Made by a program: the position numbers and the translations under genes. Positions 8,073 to 16,061 of a stretch of DNA of 40,280 nt are shown here, in pieces; within the stretch, counting starts at the first letter, position 1, and each line of letters starts with the position of its first letter. Source of the stretch: an uncultured Anaerolineaceae bacterium (GTDB lineage Bacteria; Chloroflexota; Dehalococcoidia; Tepidiformales; Tepidiformaceae). The notes beneath the pieces are model-generated. The model saw only the letters and a list, made by a program, of their open reading frames with translations. It ran no database searches and was not told where the DNA came from. Location: the NCBI GenBank assembly GCA_964497285.1, contig CAZCDK010000001.1, positions 9,472-49,751 on the forward strand, read 5' to 3'.

Positions 8073-8088
8073 TATGACGGGAGTCATA
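8073..8088. promoter_or_regulatory. Perfect palindrome TATGA-CGGGAG-TCATA (candidate Crp/Fnr-type operator)
   Basis: Read directly from the sequence. Its centre lies 42.5 nt upstream of the alpha2 ATG. The hexamer GAACAT follows after exactly 21 nt (8110-8115). Confidence 0.65.
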
Positions 8089-8122
8089 CCGATAGGCGCC
8101 CTCGAACCAGAACATTGGCCGC

Positions 8123-10924
8123 ATGACTAGCCAAACCCCCATCGAACCCATCTACACGGGCTGGCAGGATCTCTACCGCCAAAAGTGGGACTGGGACGCC
8201 GTCTACTGGGGAACGCATTGCGTTGACTGCTACCCCGGCAACTGCCCGATGCGCGTCTACGTGAAGGACGGCATCGTCTGGCGCGAGGAACAGTCCGGGT
8301 CCTTCGACACGATCCAGCAGGGCGTGCCCGACTTCAACCCCATGGGCTGCCAGAAGGGCGCCTCCTGGAGCCAATCGCTCTACGGCCCCGATCGCGTCAT
8401 GTTCCCGCTGAAGCGCGCCGGCGAGCGCGGCGAAGGCAAGTGGAACCGCATCAGTTGGGATCAGGCTCTGAGCGAGATCGCAGACAAGCTCATCGACGCC
8501 ATCGAGGAACAGGGGCCCCACTCCACCATCCACGAAGGTACGCCGGGGATGGCCACCGCCGCTCCGACCGGCCGGTTCTTCTCGACCATTGGCGGCCTGG
8601 GCACAGACCTCAACGGGTCGATAAACGACTTCTCGATCGGCCTCTACGAGACTTTCGGGAAGTTTAGTCCGGTCTCGTCCGCCGATGACTGGTTCCATTC
8701 GGAAGTCGTGCTCATCTGGCACATGAACCCGGTCTACACCCGGATCCCCTTCTATCACTTCATCGCTGAAGCGCGTTACAACGGGGCCGAGGTCATCAAC
8801 ATCTCGCCCGACGTGAACCCGTCCCATCTCCACGCAGACATGCAGGTGCCAATTCGGGGCGCGTCGGACCAGGCGTTCGGACTCGCGATGGTTCAGGTGA
8901 TGTTCGAAGAGAACATCGCGAACTGGAAGTTCCTGAAGGAGCAGACCGACTTCGGGTACCTCGTGCGCACCGACACCCGCCGCTACCTCCGCCAGACGGA
9001 CGTCGAGGGCCAGGGCCGGGACGACCAGATGTACCAGTGGATTCCCGGCACCGGACTGAAGCTCGCCGACCGCGGCAGCGTCTTCCTCGGGGATGTGGAC
9101 ATCGCGCTGGAAGGCGTCTTCGACGTGAAGCTGGCCGACGGCTCGACCGTCCAGGTCACGCCCGTCTACTCGGTGCTGAAGAAGAAGCTCGACAGCGAGT
9201 ACACGCCCGAGAAACAGCAGGAGATCACCGGGGTCCACCCGGATGTCGTCCGCACAGTCGCCCGCAAGGTGGCAGCCAAGCGGACGAACATCATGCTTGG
9301 CTACAACGCCTGCAAGTTCTATCACGGCGACCTGATCGAGCGCGTACAGTGCCTCGTTCTCGCCGCCAGCGGGAATTGGGGCAAGCACGGGACCGGCATC
9401 CGCTGCTGGGCCGCCGGCATGCACGACGGCCTTTTCATCTCCTCCAACAAGCCCGGACCCGGCGCGGCCAACACGGAGATCATCCTCGCGGGCCGCGACG
9501 CTGCCGTGGCAGCAATGAAGGCAACCGATCCGACAATGACCACCGAGATCGCGGTGCGCGAGCTCGGTATGCTCGCCTCACGCTTCGAGATGGGTCCGGC
9601 CAACAGCCCCACGGGGTCGTCCACCATCCCGGCGATGATGTGGTACTTCCAGGGCGGCTATGACAAGCGCTGGAACACCCCCGGCTGGGGCGACGAGTCG
9701 CTCCCACGAAAGTTCGACGACTACTTCAACGAGGCCATCGAAAAGGGCTGGTGGCTCGGCTTGGACAAGCCGCGGCCGGAAAACCCCCCACGCGTGCTCA
9801 TTGAGTGCGGCGGAAACATGCTGCGGCGCACTCGCGGAGGCAAGGCGGCACTCCTGCCCACGCTTTGGCCCAAGCTCAGCGCGATCGTGACCATCGACTT
9901 CCGCATGAGCCAGACGGCGCTCTACGCGGACTATTTCCTCCCCGCGGCCCAGCACTATGAGAAGGTCTCGTTCCACATCCCTACGCCTCACGTGATGAAC
10001 CTCACGTTCTCCGACAAGGCGGCGCAGCCGGCAGGCGAAGCCAGGAACGAGTGGGAGATCTACTCCTCGCTGCTGGAGAAGCTCGCGGAACGGGCCCAGG
10101 CGCGCGGGCTCTCGGAATACACCGACAAGCGCGGCTACACCCGAAAATACGGCGAGTTGGCGTCCTACTACTCCATGAACGGGTACCTCCTCGACGAGGA
10201 CAAGATGGCCGACGAAGCCGTTCGTGACTCGGCGTTGGCGGGAACGCTGCCCATGGGCACGAACCTCAAGACCATGCGCGAGAAGGGCCACGTACGCTTC
10301 ATCGACTGGGGCCTCACGCCGATGGCGCTTGCCCAGGCTTCCCCGATTTCCGCGACCGAAACGCATGTTCCGTTCCGCGACAACACCGAGTCTGGGCATC
10401 CCTTCCCCACGTACGCGCGGCGCGCGCAGTTCTACATCGACCACGAATGGTTCCTGGAGGCAGGCGAAGAACTCCCCGTTTGGAAGCCGAACCCCAAGAT
10501 GGGCGGCGACTATCCCCTGGGTCTCACCTCCGGACACAATCGCTGGTCCATCCACGCCATGAACCAGAGCAACAACGTCATCCTCGGCACCCACCGCGGC
10601 GAACCCGACGTCTCGATCAATCCCGACGACGCGGCCGAGCGAGGCGTGAAGGACGGGGATCTCATCCGCGTCTTCAACGACGTGAGTTCCTTCAAGGTTC
10701 GGGCCAGGGTGGCCCCAAACGTGAAGCCGGGCCAGGTCATCTCCTACAACGGCTGGGCCGGCTTCCAGTACACGGACTGGTCGGGCGCGAACGAGATCGA
10801 GCCCGGAATGGTCAAGTGGATCGGGCTGGCCGGGGGCTATGGCCACCTGCGCCACTTGGGCACGGAGTGGCAGCCGGTTCCCAGCGATCGCTGGGTCCGC
10901 TGCGACTTCGAGAAGGTCAACTAG
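8123..10924 (+). CDS. Molybdopterin oxidoreductase catalytic subunit, type II DMSO-reductase family, paralogue alpha2
   Basis: 933-aa ORF. YRQKWDWD..THCVDCYPGNC..NPMGCQKG FS0 motif and INDF candidate Asp ligand. Collinear with alpha1 over its whole length. No Tat motif, and no Shine-Dalgarno sequence visible upstream. Confidence 0.9.
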   Translation: MTSQTPIEPIYTGWQDLYRQKWDWDAVYWGTHCVDCYPGNCPMRVYVKDGIVWREEQSGSFDTIQQGVPDFNPMGCQKGASWSQSLYGPDRVMFPLKRAGERGEGKWNRISWDQALSEIADKLIDAIEEQGPHSTIHEGTPGMATAAPTGRFFSTIGGLGTDLNGSINDFSIGLYETFGKFSPVSSADDWFHSEVVLIWHMNPVYTRIPFYHFIAEARYNGAEVINISPDVNPSHLHADMQVPIRGASDQAFGLAMVQVMFEENIANWKFLKEQTDFGYLVRTDTRRYLRQTDVEGQGRDDQMYQWIPGTGLKLADRGSVFLGDVDIALEGVFDVKLADGSTVQVTPVYSVLKKKLDSEYTPEKQQEITGVHPDVVRTVARKVAAKRTNIMLGYNACKFYHGDLIERVQCLVLAASGNWGKHGTGIRCWAAGMHDGLFISSNKPGPGAANTEIILAGRDAAVAAMKATDPTMTTEIAVRELGMLASRFEMGPANSPTGSSTIPAMMWYFQGGYDKRWNTPGWGDESLPRKFDDYFNEAIEKGWWLGLDKPRPENPPRVLIECGGNMLRRTRGGKAALLPTLWPKLSAIVTIDFRMSQTALYADYFLPAAQHYEKVSFHIPTPHVMNLTFSDKAAQPAGEARNEWEIYSSLLEKLAERAQARGLSEYTDKRGYTRKYGELASYYSMNGYLLDEDKMADEAVRDSALAGTLPMGTNLKTMREKGHVRFIDWGLTPMALAQASPISATETHVPFRDNTESGHPFPTYARRAQFYIDHEWFLEAGEELPVWKPNPKMGGDYPLGLTSGHNRWSIHAMNQSNNVILGTHRGEPDVSINPDDAAERGVKDGDLIRVFNDVSSFKVRARVAPNVKPGQVISYNGWAGFQYTDWSGANEIEPGMVKWIGLAGGYGHLRHLGTEWQPVPSDRWVRCDFEKVN

Positions 10925-10940
10925 GAGGAAGAGGGACACG

Positions 10941-11513
10941 ATGAAAGTCGCAAAGGTGAACGCAGGATCCGACCTCGCCGACCCGGCCGCGCAGGCCTGG
11001 AGCAGCGTGGCCGCGGAAGCGGTATCACTCGCTCCCGTGGCGCTTGCTGCTCAGCCGACGGAGTACATCCGCGAGGCCTGGGCCAGCCGCCCCTACGGCC
11101 AGACAGCCGAGGCGAAGGTGGCCGTCGCCTCCGACGGCAGCAAGCTCTATGTGCGCGTGGAGTGGGCCGACGACGCCAGGCCGAACACCGAATTCCAGGA
11201 CGCGGTCGGCGCCGTCCTCGGCGACGGCACCCTCGCCACCCTCGGAGACGCGAAGGCTCCACTCACGTTGTGGTATTGGGAAAACGGCCGCGGTGCCCTC
11301 AACCTCGTCGCCAAGGGACCGGGCGTGTTTGGCAAGGCCGACGCCGGAGCCGTCAGCGGGGCTGGTGCAATCAGCGACGGGAAGTGGGCCGCTGTCCTGA
11401 GCGGACCGGCCTCGGCCGCCAACGGCAAACTCGGAATCGCCGTGTGGAACGGCTCGAACGAAGAACGGGCGGGCCTCGCCGCCGTCAGCCGCGCCTGGCT
11501 GCCGCTCGAGTAG
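10941..11513 (+). CDS. EB_dh/DOMON-like gamma subunit homologue with no possible haem ligands (gamma1)
   Basis: ATG 10941 follows AGGAGGAAGAGGG. The 190-aa product aligns by eye with gamma2 (QPTEYIREAW / QPSAYVQKAW; LWYW / AWHW; GIAVWNGSNEERAGL / GIAVWSGAASERAGL). No signal peptide. Apart from the initiator Met it has no Met, His or Cys. Confidence 0.8.
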   Translation: MKVAKVNAGSDLADPAAQAWSSVAAEAVSLAPVALAAQPTEYIREAWASRPYGQTAEAKVAVASDGSKLYVRVEWADDARPNTEFQDAVGAVLGDGTLATLGDAKAPLTLWYWENGRGALNLVAKGPGVFGKADAGAVSGAGAISDGKWAAVLSGPASAANGKLGIAVWNGSNEERAGLAAVSRAWLPLE

Positions 11514-11531
11514 GCTCAAGGAGTTACAACG

Positions 11532-12566
11532 ATGACTGCAAACGGAACGCGCCAGATCGCCTGGGTCTTCGACCTCAACAAGTGCATCGGCTGCCAGACA
11601 TGTTCGGTGGCGTGCAAAGTCCTCTGGACCCGCGACGAGGGTGAGAAGCACGAGTGGTGGTGCTCAGTGAACACCCAGCCCGGCCTGGGCACTCCCAAGA
11701 ACTGGGAACAGATGGGCGGCGGTGTCGATCCGAAGTCGGGCAAGCCCGCGGCGGGCCACCAGCCCACCCGCGGTGAGTTCGGCGGCGGCTTCGACTTCAA
11801 CTACTACGAGGTCTTCTACGGCGGCACCGCCGGCAAGGCTCACCTTGAACCGCAGGCCCCACGCGAAGACCGCTGGGCCATGAACTGGGACGAGGACCAG
11901 GGCGCCGGCGAGTGGCCCAACTCGTACTTCTTCTACCTGCCTCGCCTGTGCAACCACTGCACCAATCCCACCTGCATGGAGGCTTGCCCCACGGGCGCCC
12001 TCAGCAAGCGGGACGACGGCCTCGTCTTGCGCGATGAGGACGTCTGCATGGGCGATCGCTTCTGCATGGAAGCCTGCCCCTACAAGAAAATCTACTTCAA
12101 CTACGAGCGCCACGTTTCCCAGCACTGCATCGGCTGCTTCCCTCGCATCGAAGCGGGCGTGGCCCCGGCTTGCGTGCGCCAGTGCCCGGGTCGCGCCGTC
12201 TTCGTCGGCTACATCGACGAGGAGGGCACCCCCGTCCACGACCTCGTGAAGAAGTGGAAGATCGCCCTTCCGCTGCATGCAGAGGCCGGCACCGGACCGA
12301 ACGTCTTTTACGTTCCCCCGCTCTCGCCCTACCGGTTGAACGACGACTTCAGTATCGACTACCAGACGCCGCGCATCCCGCGCGAGTACCTGGAATCGCT
12401 CTTCGGCCCGGAGGTCAATGGGGCCCTTTCCACGCTCAGCGGCGAGATGCAGAAGGTCCGCGAGGGCGGATCATCGGACATGCTCAAGACACTCATCGCC
12501 TACAAGTGGAAGGAATTGCTCGGACCCTTCACCGTCGATCCCGCCGACATCGTCCAAACGGTCTAG
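11532..12566 (+). CDS. Iron-sulfur beta subunit (NarH/EbdB-like, four-cluster ferredoxin), beta1
   Basis: Four cluster motifs: CIGCQTCSVAC, CNHCTNPTCMEACP, CMGDRFCMEACP (spacing of a 3Fe-4S group) and CIGCFPRIEAGVAPACVRQCP. The WW..N..PG insertion is typical of type II beta subunits. RBS AAGGAG. Confidence 0.9.
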   Translation: MTANGTRQIAWVFDLNKCIGCQTCSVACKVLWTRDEGEKHEWWCSVNTQPGLGTPKNWEQMGGGVDPKSGKPAAGHQPTRGEFGGGFDFNYYEVFYGGTAGKAHLEPQAPREDRWAMNWDEDQGAGEWPNSYFFYLPRLCNHCTNPTCMEACPTGALSKRDDGLVLRDEDVCMGDRFCMEACPYKKIYFNYERHVSQHCIGCFPRIEAGVAPACVRQCPGRAVFVGYIDEEGTPVHDLVKKWKIALPLHAEAGTGPNVFYVPPLSPYRLNDDFSIDYQTPRIPREYLESLFGPEVNGALSTLSGEMQKVREGGSSDMLKTLIAYKWKELLGPFTVDPADIVQTV

Positions 12567-12581
12567 CCAGGAGGCGCCGCC

Positions 12582-13268
12582 ATGTTCGTCTACTCACTCG
12601 CCGGTCTCCAGATCGACGGCGAAGCCAGCCAGGAGATGGAGCTTCCGGACAACGAAACCACGGCTCGCCTGGGTGTCTACCAGGTTCTGGCCCGTCTGAT
12701 GGCGTGTCCCGACGCCGACTCCCATGGGGCGGCCTTGGGCGGCGAGTGGCCCGGGCGGTTGGCCCACGATGCCAAGCTGCTTCCGTTTTCCTTCGATTTC
12801 GAGACCGCCTCGATCGATGCGGCAGTCTCCGAATCCAATTTCCAGGCCGAATACCTGCGGCTGTTCGAAGTTGGATCCGGCGAAGGCGGGCCCGGAGCGC
12901 CGCTGTTCGGCGGAGTGTATGGCAGCGGCGACCGGATGAAGAAGCTCGAAGAGGTGGTTCGCTTCTACGAGTACTTCGGACTGAAGGCATCGGCCGAGGA
13001 TCCGCGGCCGGCGGACCACCTCGCCACTGAGATGGAATTCATGAAGTTCTTGACGCTCAAGGAGGCGACCTCCGCGTCGCCCCGGCTGCAGGCCTCGTTC
13101 CGGCGGGCGCAGCATGACTTCTTGGAGCGCCAGCTGACTACGTGGCTACCCGAGCTTTCGAACCGGACCAGGGCGCAGAACCCAATGCCGTTCTGGCAGT
13201 GGGCCGTGGACCGGGCGAACGCCTTTGCCGGGGCCGACTTGGCCTACGTTCAGAGCGTGATGGGGTAG
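12582..13268 (+). CDS. TorD/NarJ-family maturation chaperone (delta1)
   Basis: 228 aa. YQVLARL...EYLRLFEVG....P..GGVY...RFYEYFGL....PADHLATEMEFMKFL matches the nitrate-reductase delta/TorD family pattern. RBS AGGAGG. Confidence 0.85.
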   Translation: MFVYSLAGLQIDGEASQEMELPDNETTARLGVYQVLARLMACPDADSHGAALGGEWPGRLAHDAKLLPFSFDFETASIDAAVSESNFQAEYLRLFEVGSGEGGPGAPLFGGVYGSGDRMKKLEEVVRFYEYFGLKASAEDPRPADHLATEMEFMKFLTLKEATSASPRLQASFRRAQHDFLERQLTTWLPELSNRTRAQNPMPFWQWAVDRANAFAGADLAYVQSVMG

Positions 13269-13316
13269 GACACACCAGCCCAATCCGTTCTCGGCTAGCA
13301 GACAGAAGCGAGACCT

Positions 13317-16061
13317 ATGACTATTCCTGCTGACGGGCAGTACCGGCAGCGCTGGAGTTGGGATCGTGTGACCTTCGGGACGCACTGTCTCAACTGCCTC
13401 GCCACCTGCCCCTACCGTGTCTACTCCCGCAACGGGAAAGTGCTGTTCGAAGAACCGGTCGGGACTTTCCCCCAAATCGACGAGGGCGTACCGGACTTCA
13501 ATCCCATGTCCTGCCAGAAGGGTAGCGCTTGGAGTGTCCAGCTCGACACGCCCGACCGTCTGAAGTACCCCCTGCGTCGCAAAGGAGAGCGCGGCTCAGG
13601 GGAGTGGGAGCGGATCTCCTGGGACGAAGCACTCACGGAGATCGCCGATGCCCTGATCGAGGCGATCGACTTGGAGGGCCCTGAGTCCATCGTCTTCGAG
13701 GAGACGGTCGAAGGCGGACTGCTCACGCAGGCCCCCTATCTCCGCTTTGCCGGCATGCTCGGCGCGGTCACCCTCGATGCGAATGGCCTCATCAACGACT
13801 TCCCCGCAGGGCACCACATCACCTGGGGCAAATTCTCCTGCGCGAGCTCCATGGACGACACGTTCCATTCCGAGCTCCTCCTCATCTGGCACTCGAACCC
13901 CGCCTACACGTGGATTCCTTACGCGCACTTCATCACCGAGGCTCGGTACCACGGATCGAAGGTCGTGTGCATCGCGCCCGACTTCAGCCCCTCCGCGCCC
14001 ATGGCAGACGCCTATGTCCCGATCAAGGTCGCGTCGGACGCCGCGTTCGCGCTCGCAATGTGCCAGGTGATCATCTCCGAGGGCCTGTTCGACCGGGACT
14101 TCGTCCTCTCCCAAACAGATCTGCCACTGCTGGTGAACCCGGCTACGCGCCGCTTCCTTCGTGGTTCGGAGGTCACAGCCGGCGAACGCGAGGACCAGTT
14201 CTACTGGTGGGACGCCGCCTCCGCGAAGATCGAGCAGGCCCCGCGCGGGACCCTGGAGATCGAGGATGTCAGCCCGGCCCTCGAAGGGCGCTGGCGCGTC
14301 ACGACGCTCGATGGCGAAGTCGAAGTCACGACGGTCTGGGAACTGCTCAAGGAACACCTGGGGCAATACACCCCCGAGGCGGTGAGCGGCATCTGCGGCG
14401 TCAGCCCACAGGTCATGCGCGACCTTGCCCGGGAAGTGGCCTCCAAGCGGACGAAGATCCTGGAAGGCTTCAACACACCCAAGTTCTACCACGGCGATCT
14501 GATGGAACGGGCGATGATCCTGCTCCTCGGCCTGACCGCGAACTGGGGGCGCAAGGGCACAGGCATCCAGGGGCTCGCACTCGCCGGCATGGACGGCTAC
14601 ATGCTCTTCGGCATGAAGCAGAAGCGCGGAGTGGCCGAGACCATTCGCGTTATGGAAGGCGTCGAGGGGGCGGTCGAGGCCCTGCGCTCACAGGACCCCG
14701 AGGCGTCGGACGAGATCCTCGGCTACGAACTCCTCCAGCGCGGCCTCGTGTCAGGCACCGCCAGCCCGCCAGCTTTCTTCCACTTCTATCACTGCGGCTA
14801 CAAAGACACGTGGAACACGCCCCAGTGGTCAGATCCATCGATGACGCGCTCGTTCGAGGACTACGTCGGCGACGCCGTGCGACGCGGGTGGTGGGGCGGC
14901 CTGGTGAAGCCCGGGCCGAGTTCCGATCCCCAGGTGCTCTTCATCGTGGCGACCAACCCGATCAGGCGCCAGCGCGGCGGCACGGACACACTCGCCAAGA
15001 CTCTCTGGCCCAAGCTGGAAAAGATCGTCGTTGTCGAAAACCGGATGAGTGCCACCGCATTGCAGGCGGACATCGTGCTTCCGGCGGCGATGCAATACGA
15101 GCGCATCAATCTCCAGTACGCCATCACGCACTCCTTCTCGGTCGGGTTTTCAGACAAGGCCGTGGAGCCCCAGGGCGAAGCGAAGACTGAGTGGGAGATC
15201 TTCAAGGCGCTCTCGAAGGTGATGCAGGAGCGCGCCATCGCCCAGGGCGTGGTCGAGTACCTCGACGGCCGGCGGCAACCCAAGCGGCTTGATGGCCTGT
15301 ACAACTCCTTCACCCTCAACGGTGCCTACGAGAACGAGGAAACCGTCGTCGAGGAGTGGCTTCGCGACAGCATCGAGGCGGGGACGTTGCCCGAAAACGG
15401 CACCCTCAGCCATCTTCGCGAGAATGGGACAGCGCGGTTCATCGATCTTGGCATGTTCGCGCCCGGTCTCTCGCTGGCGGCCGATGTCGAGTCGGACCAG
15501 ACGGACACAGCATTCCAGTGGTACGTCAACGACTTCGGGCCCTACCCGACGCTCACCCGCCGGTCACAGTCTCTGATCGACCACCCGTGGTTCGCCGAGG
15601 CAGGCGAGGACTTGCCCACGCACAAGGACAACCCGAAGCAGGGCGGCGACTACCCGCTCGTGATCACGAGCGGCCATTCCCGGTGGACAGTCCACGCCGT
15701 GTCGATGGGAAACCACGTGCTGCACGGCACGCACCGGGGCGAGCCACTCGGGATCTTGAACGCCTCGGACGCCGCCGCGCGCGGCATCGCGGACGGTGAC
15801 GTAATCGAGGTGTTCAACGACAGGGGCAACTACAATATTCGATGCCGCGTGGCTCCCCGGGTGCGTCCTGGCCAGGTGATCGTGTACAACGGCTGGGAGC
15901 CGCACATGTTCAAGGACTGGAAGGGCGCCAATGAAGTGGAGCCCGGCATGGTCAAGTGGCTGCATCTTGTGAGCCGCTACGGGCATTTGCGTTACCTGCC
16001 GTTCGGCTGGCAGCCAGTCCCTGCCGATCGGTCCGTCTTTGTGGATGTGAGGAAAGCATGA
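13317..16061 (+). CDS. Molybdopterin oxidoreductase catalytic subunit, type II DMSO-reductase family, paralogue alpha3
   Basis: 914-aa ORF. YRQRWSWD..THCLNCLATC..NPMSCQKG FS0 motif and INDF candidate Asp ligand. No Tat motif. Its TGA stop overlaps the next gene's ATG (ATGA). Confidence 0.9.
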   Translation: MTIPADGQYRQRWSWDRVTFGTHCLNCLATCPYRVYSRNGKVLFEEPVGTFPQIDEGVPDFNPMSCQKGSAWSVQLDTPDRLKYPLRRKGERGSGEWERISWDEALTEIADALIEAIDLEGPESIVFEETVEGGLLTQAPYLRFAGMLGAVTLDANGLINDFPAGHHITWGKFSCASSMDDTFHSELLLIWHSNPAYTWIPYAHFITEARYHGSKVVCIAPDFSPSAPMADAYVPIKVASDAAFALAMCQVIISEGLFDRDFVLSQTDLPLLVNPATRRFLRGSEVTAGEREDQFYWWDAASAKIEQAPRGTLEIEDVSPALEGRWRVTTLDGEVEVTTVWELLKEHLGQYTPEAVSGICGVSPQVMRDLAREVASKRTKILEGFNTPKFYHGDLMERAMILLLGLTANWGRKGTGIQGLALAGMDGYMLFGMKQKRGVAETIRVMEGVEGAVEALRSQDPEASDEILGYELLQRGLVSGTASPPAFFHFYHCGYKDTWNTPQWSDPSMTRSFEDYVGDAVRRGWWGGLVKPGPSSDPQVLFIVATNPIRRQRGGTDTLAKTLWPKLEKIVVVENRMSATALQADIVLPAAMQYERINLQYAITHSFSVGFSDKAVEPQGEAKTEWEIFKALSKVMQERAIAQGVVEYLDGRRQPKRLDGLYNSFTLNGAYENEETVVEEWLRDSIEAGTLPENGTLSHLRENGTARFIDLGMFAPGLSLAADVESDQTDTAFQWYVNDFGPYPTLTRRSQSLIDHPWFAEAGEDLPTHKDNPKQGGDYPLVITSGHSRWTVHAVSMGNHVLHGTHRGEPLGILNASDAAARGIADGDVIEVFNDRGNYNIRCRVAPRVRPGQVIVYNGWEPHMFKDWKGANEVEPGMVKWLHLVSRYGHLRYLPFGWQPVPADRSVFVDVRKA

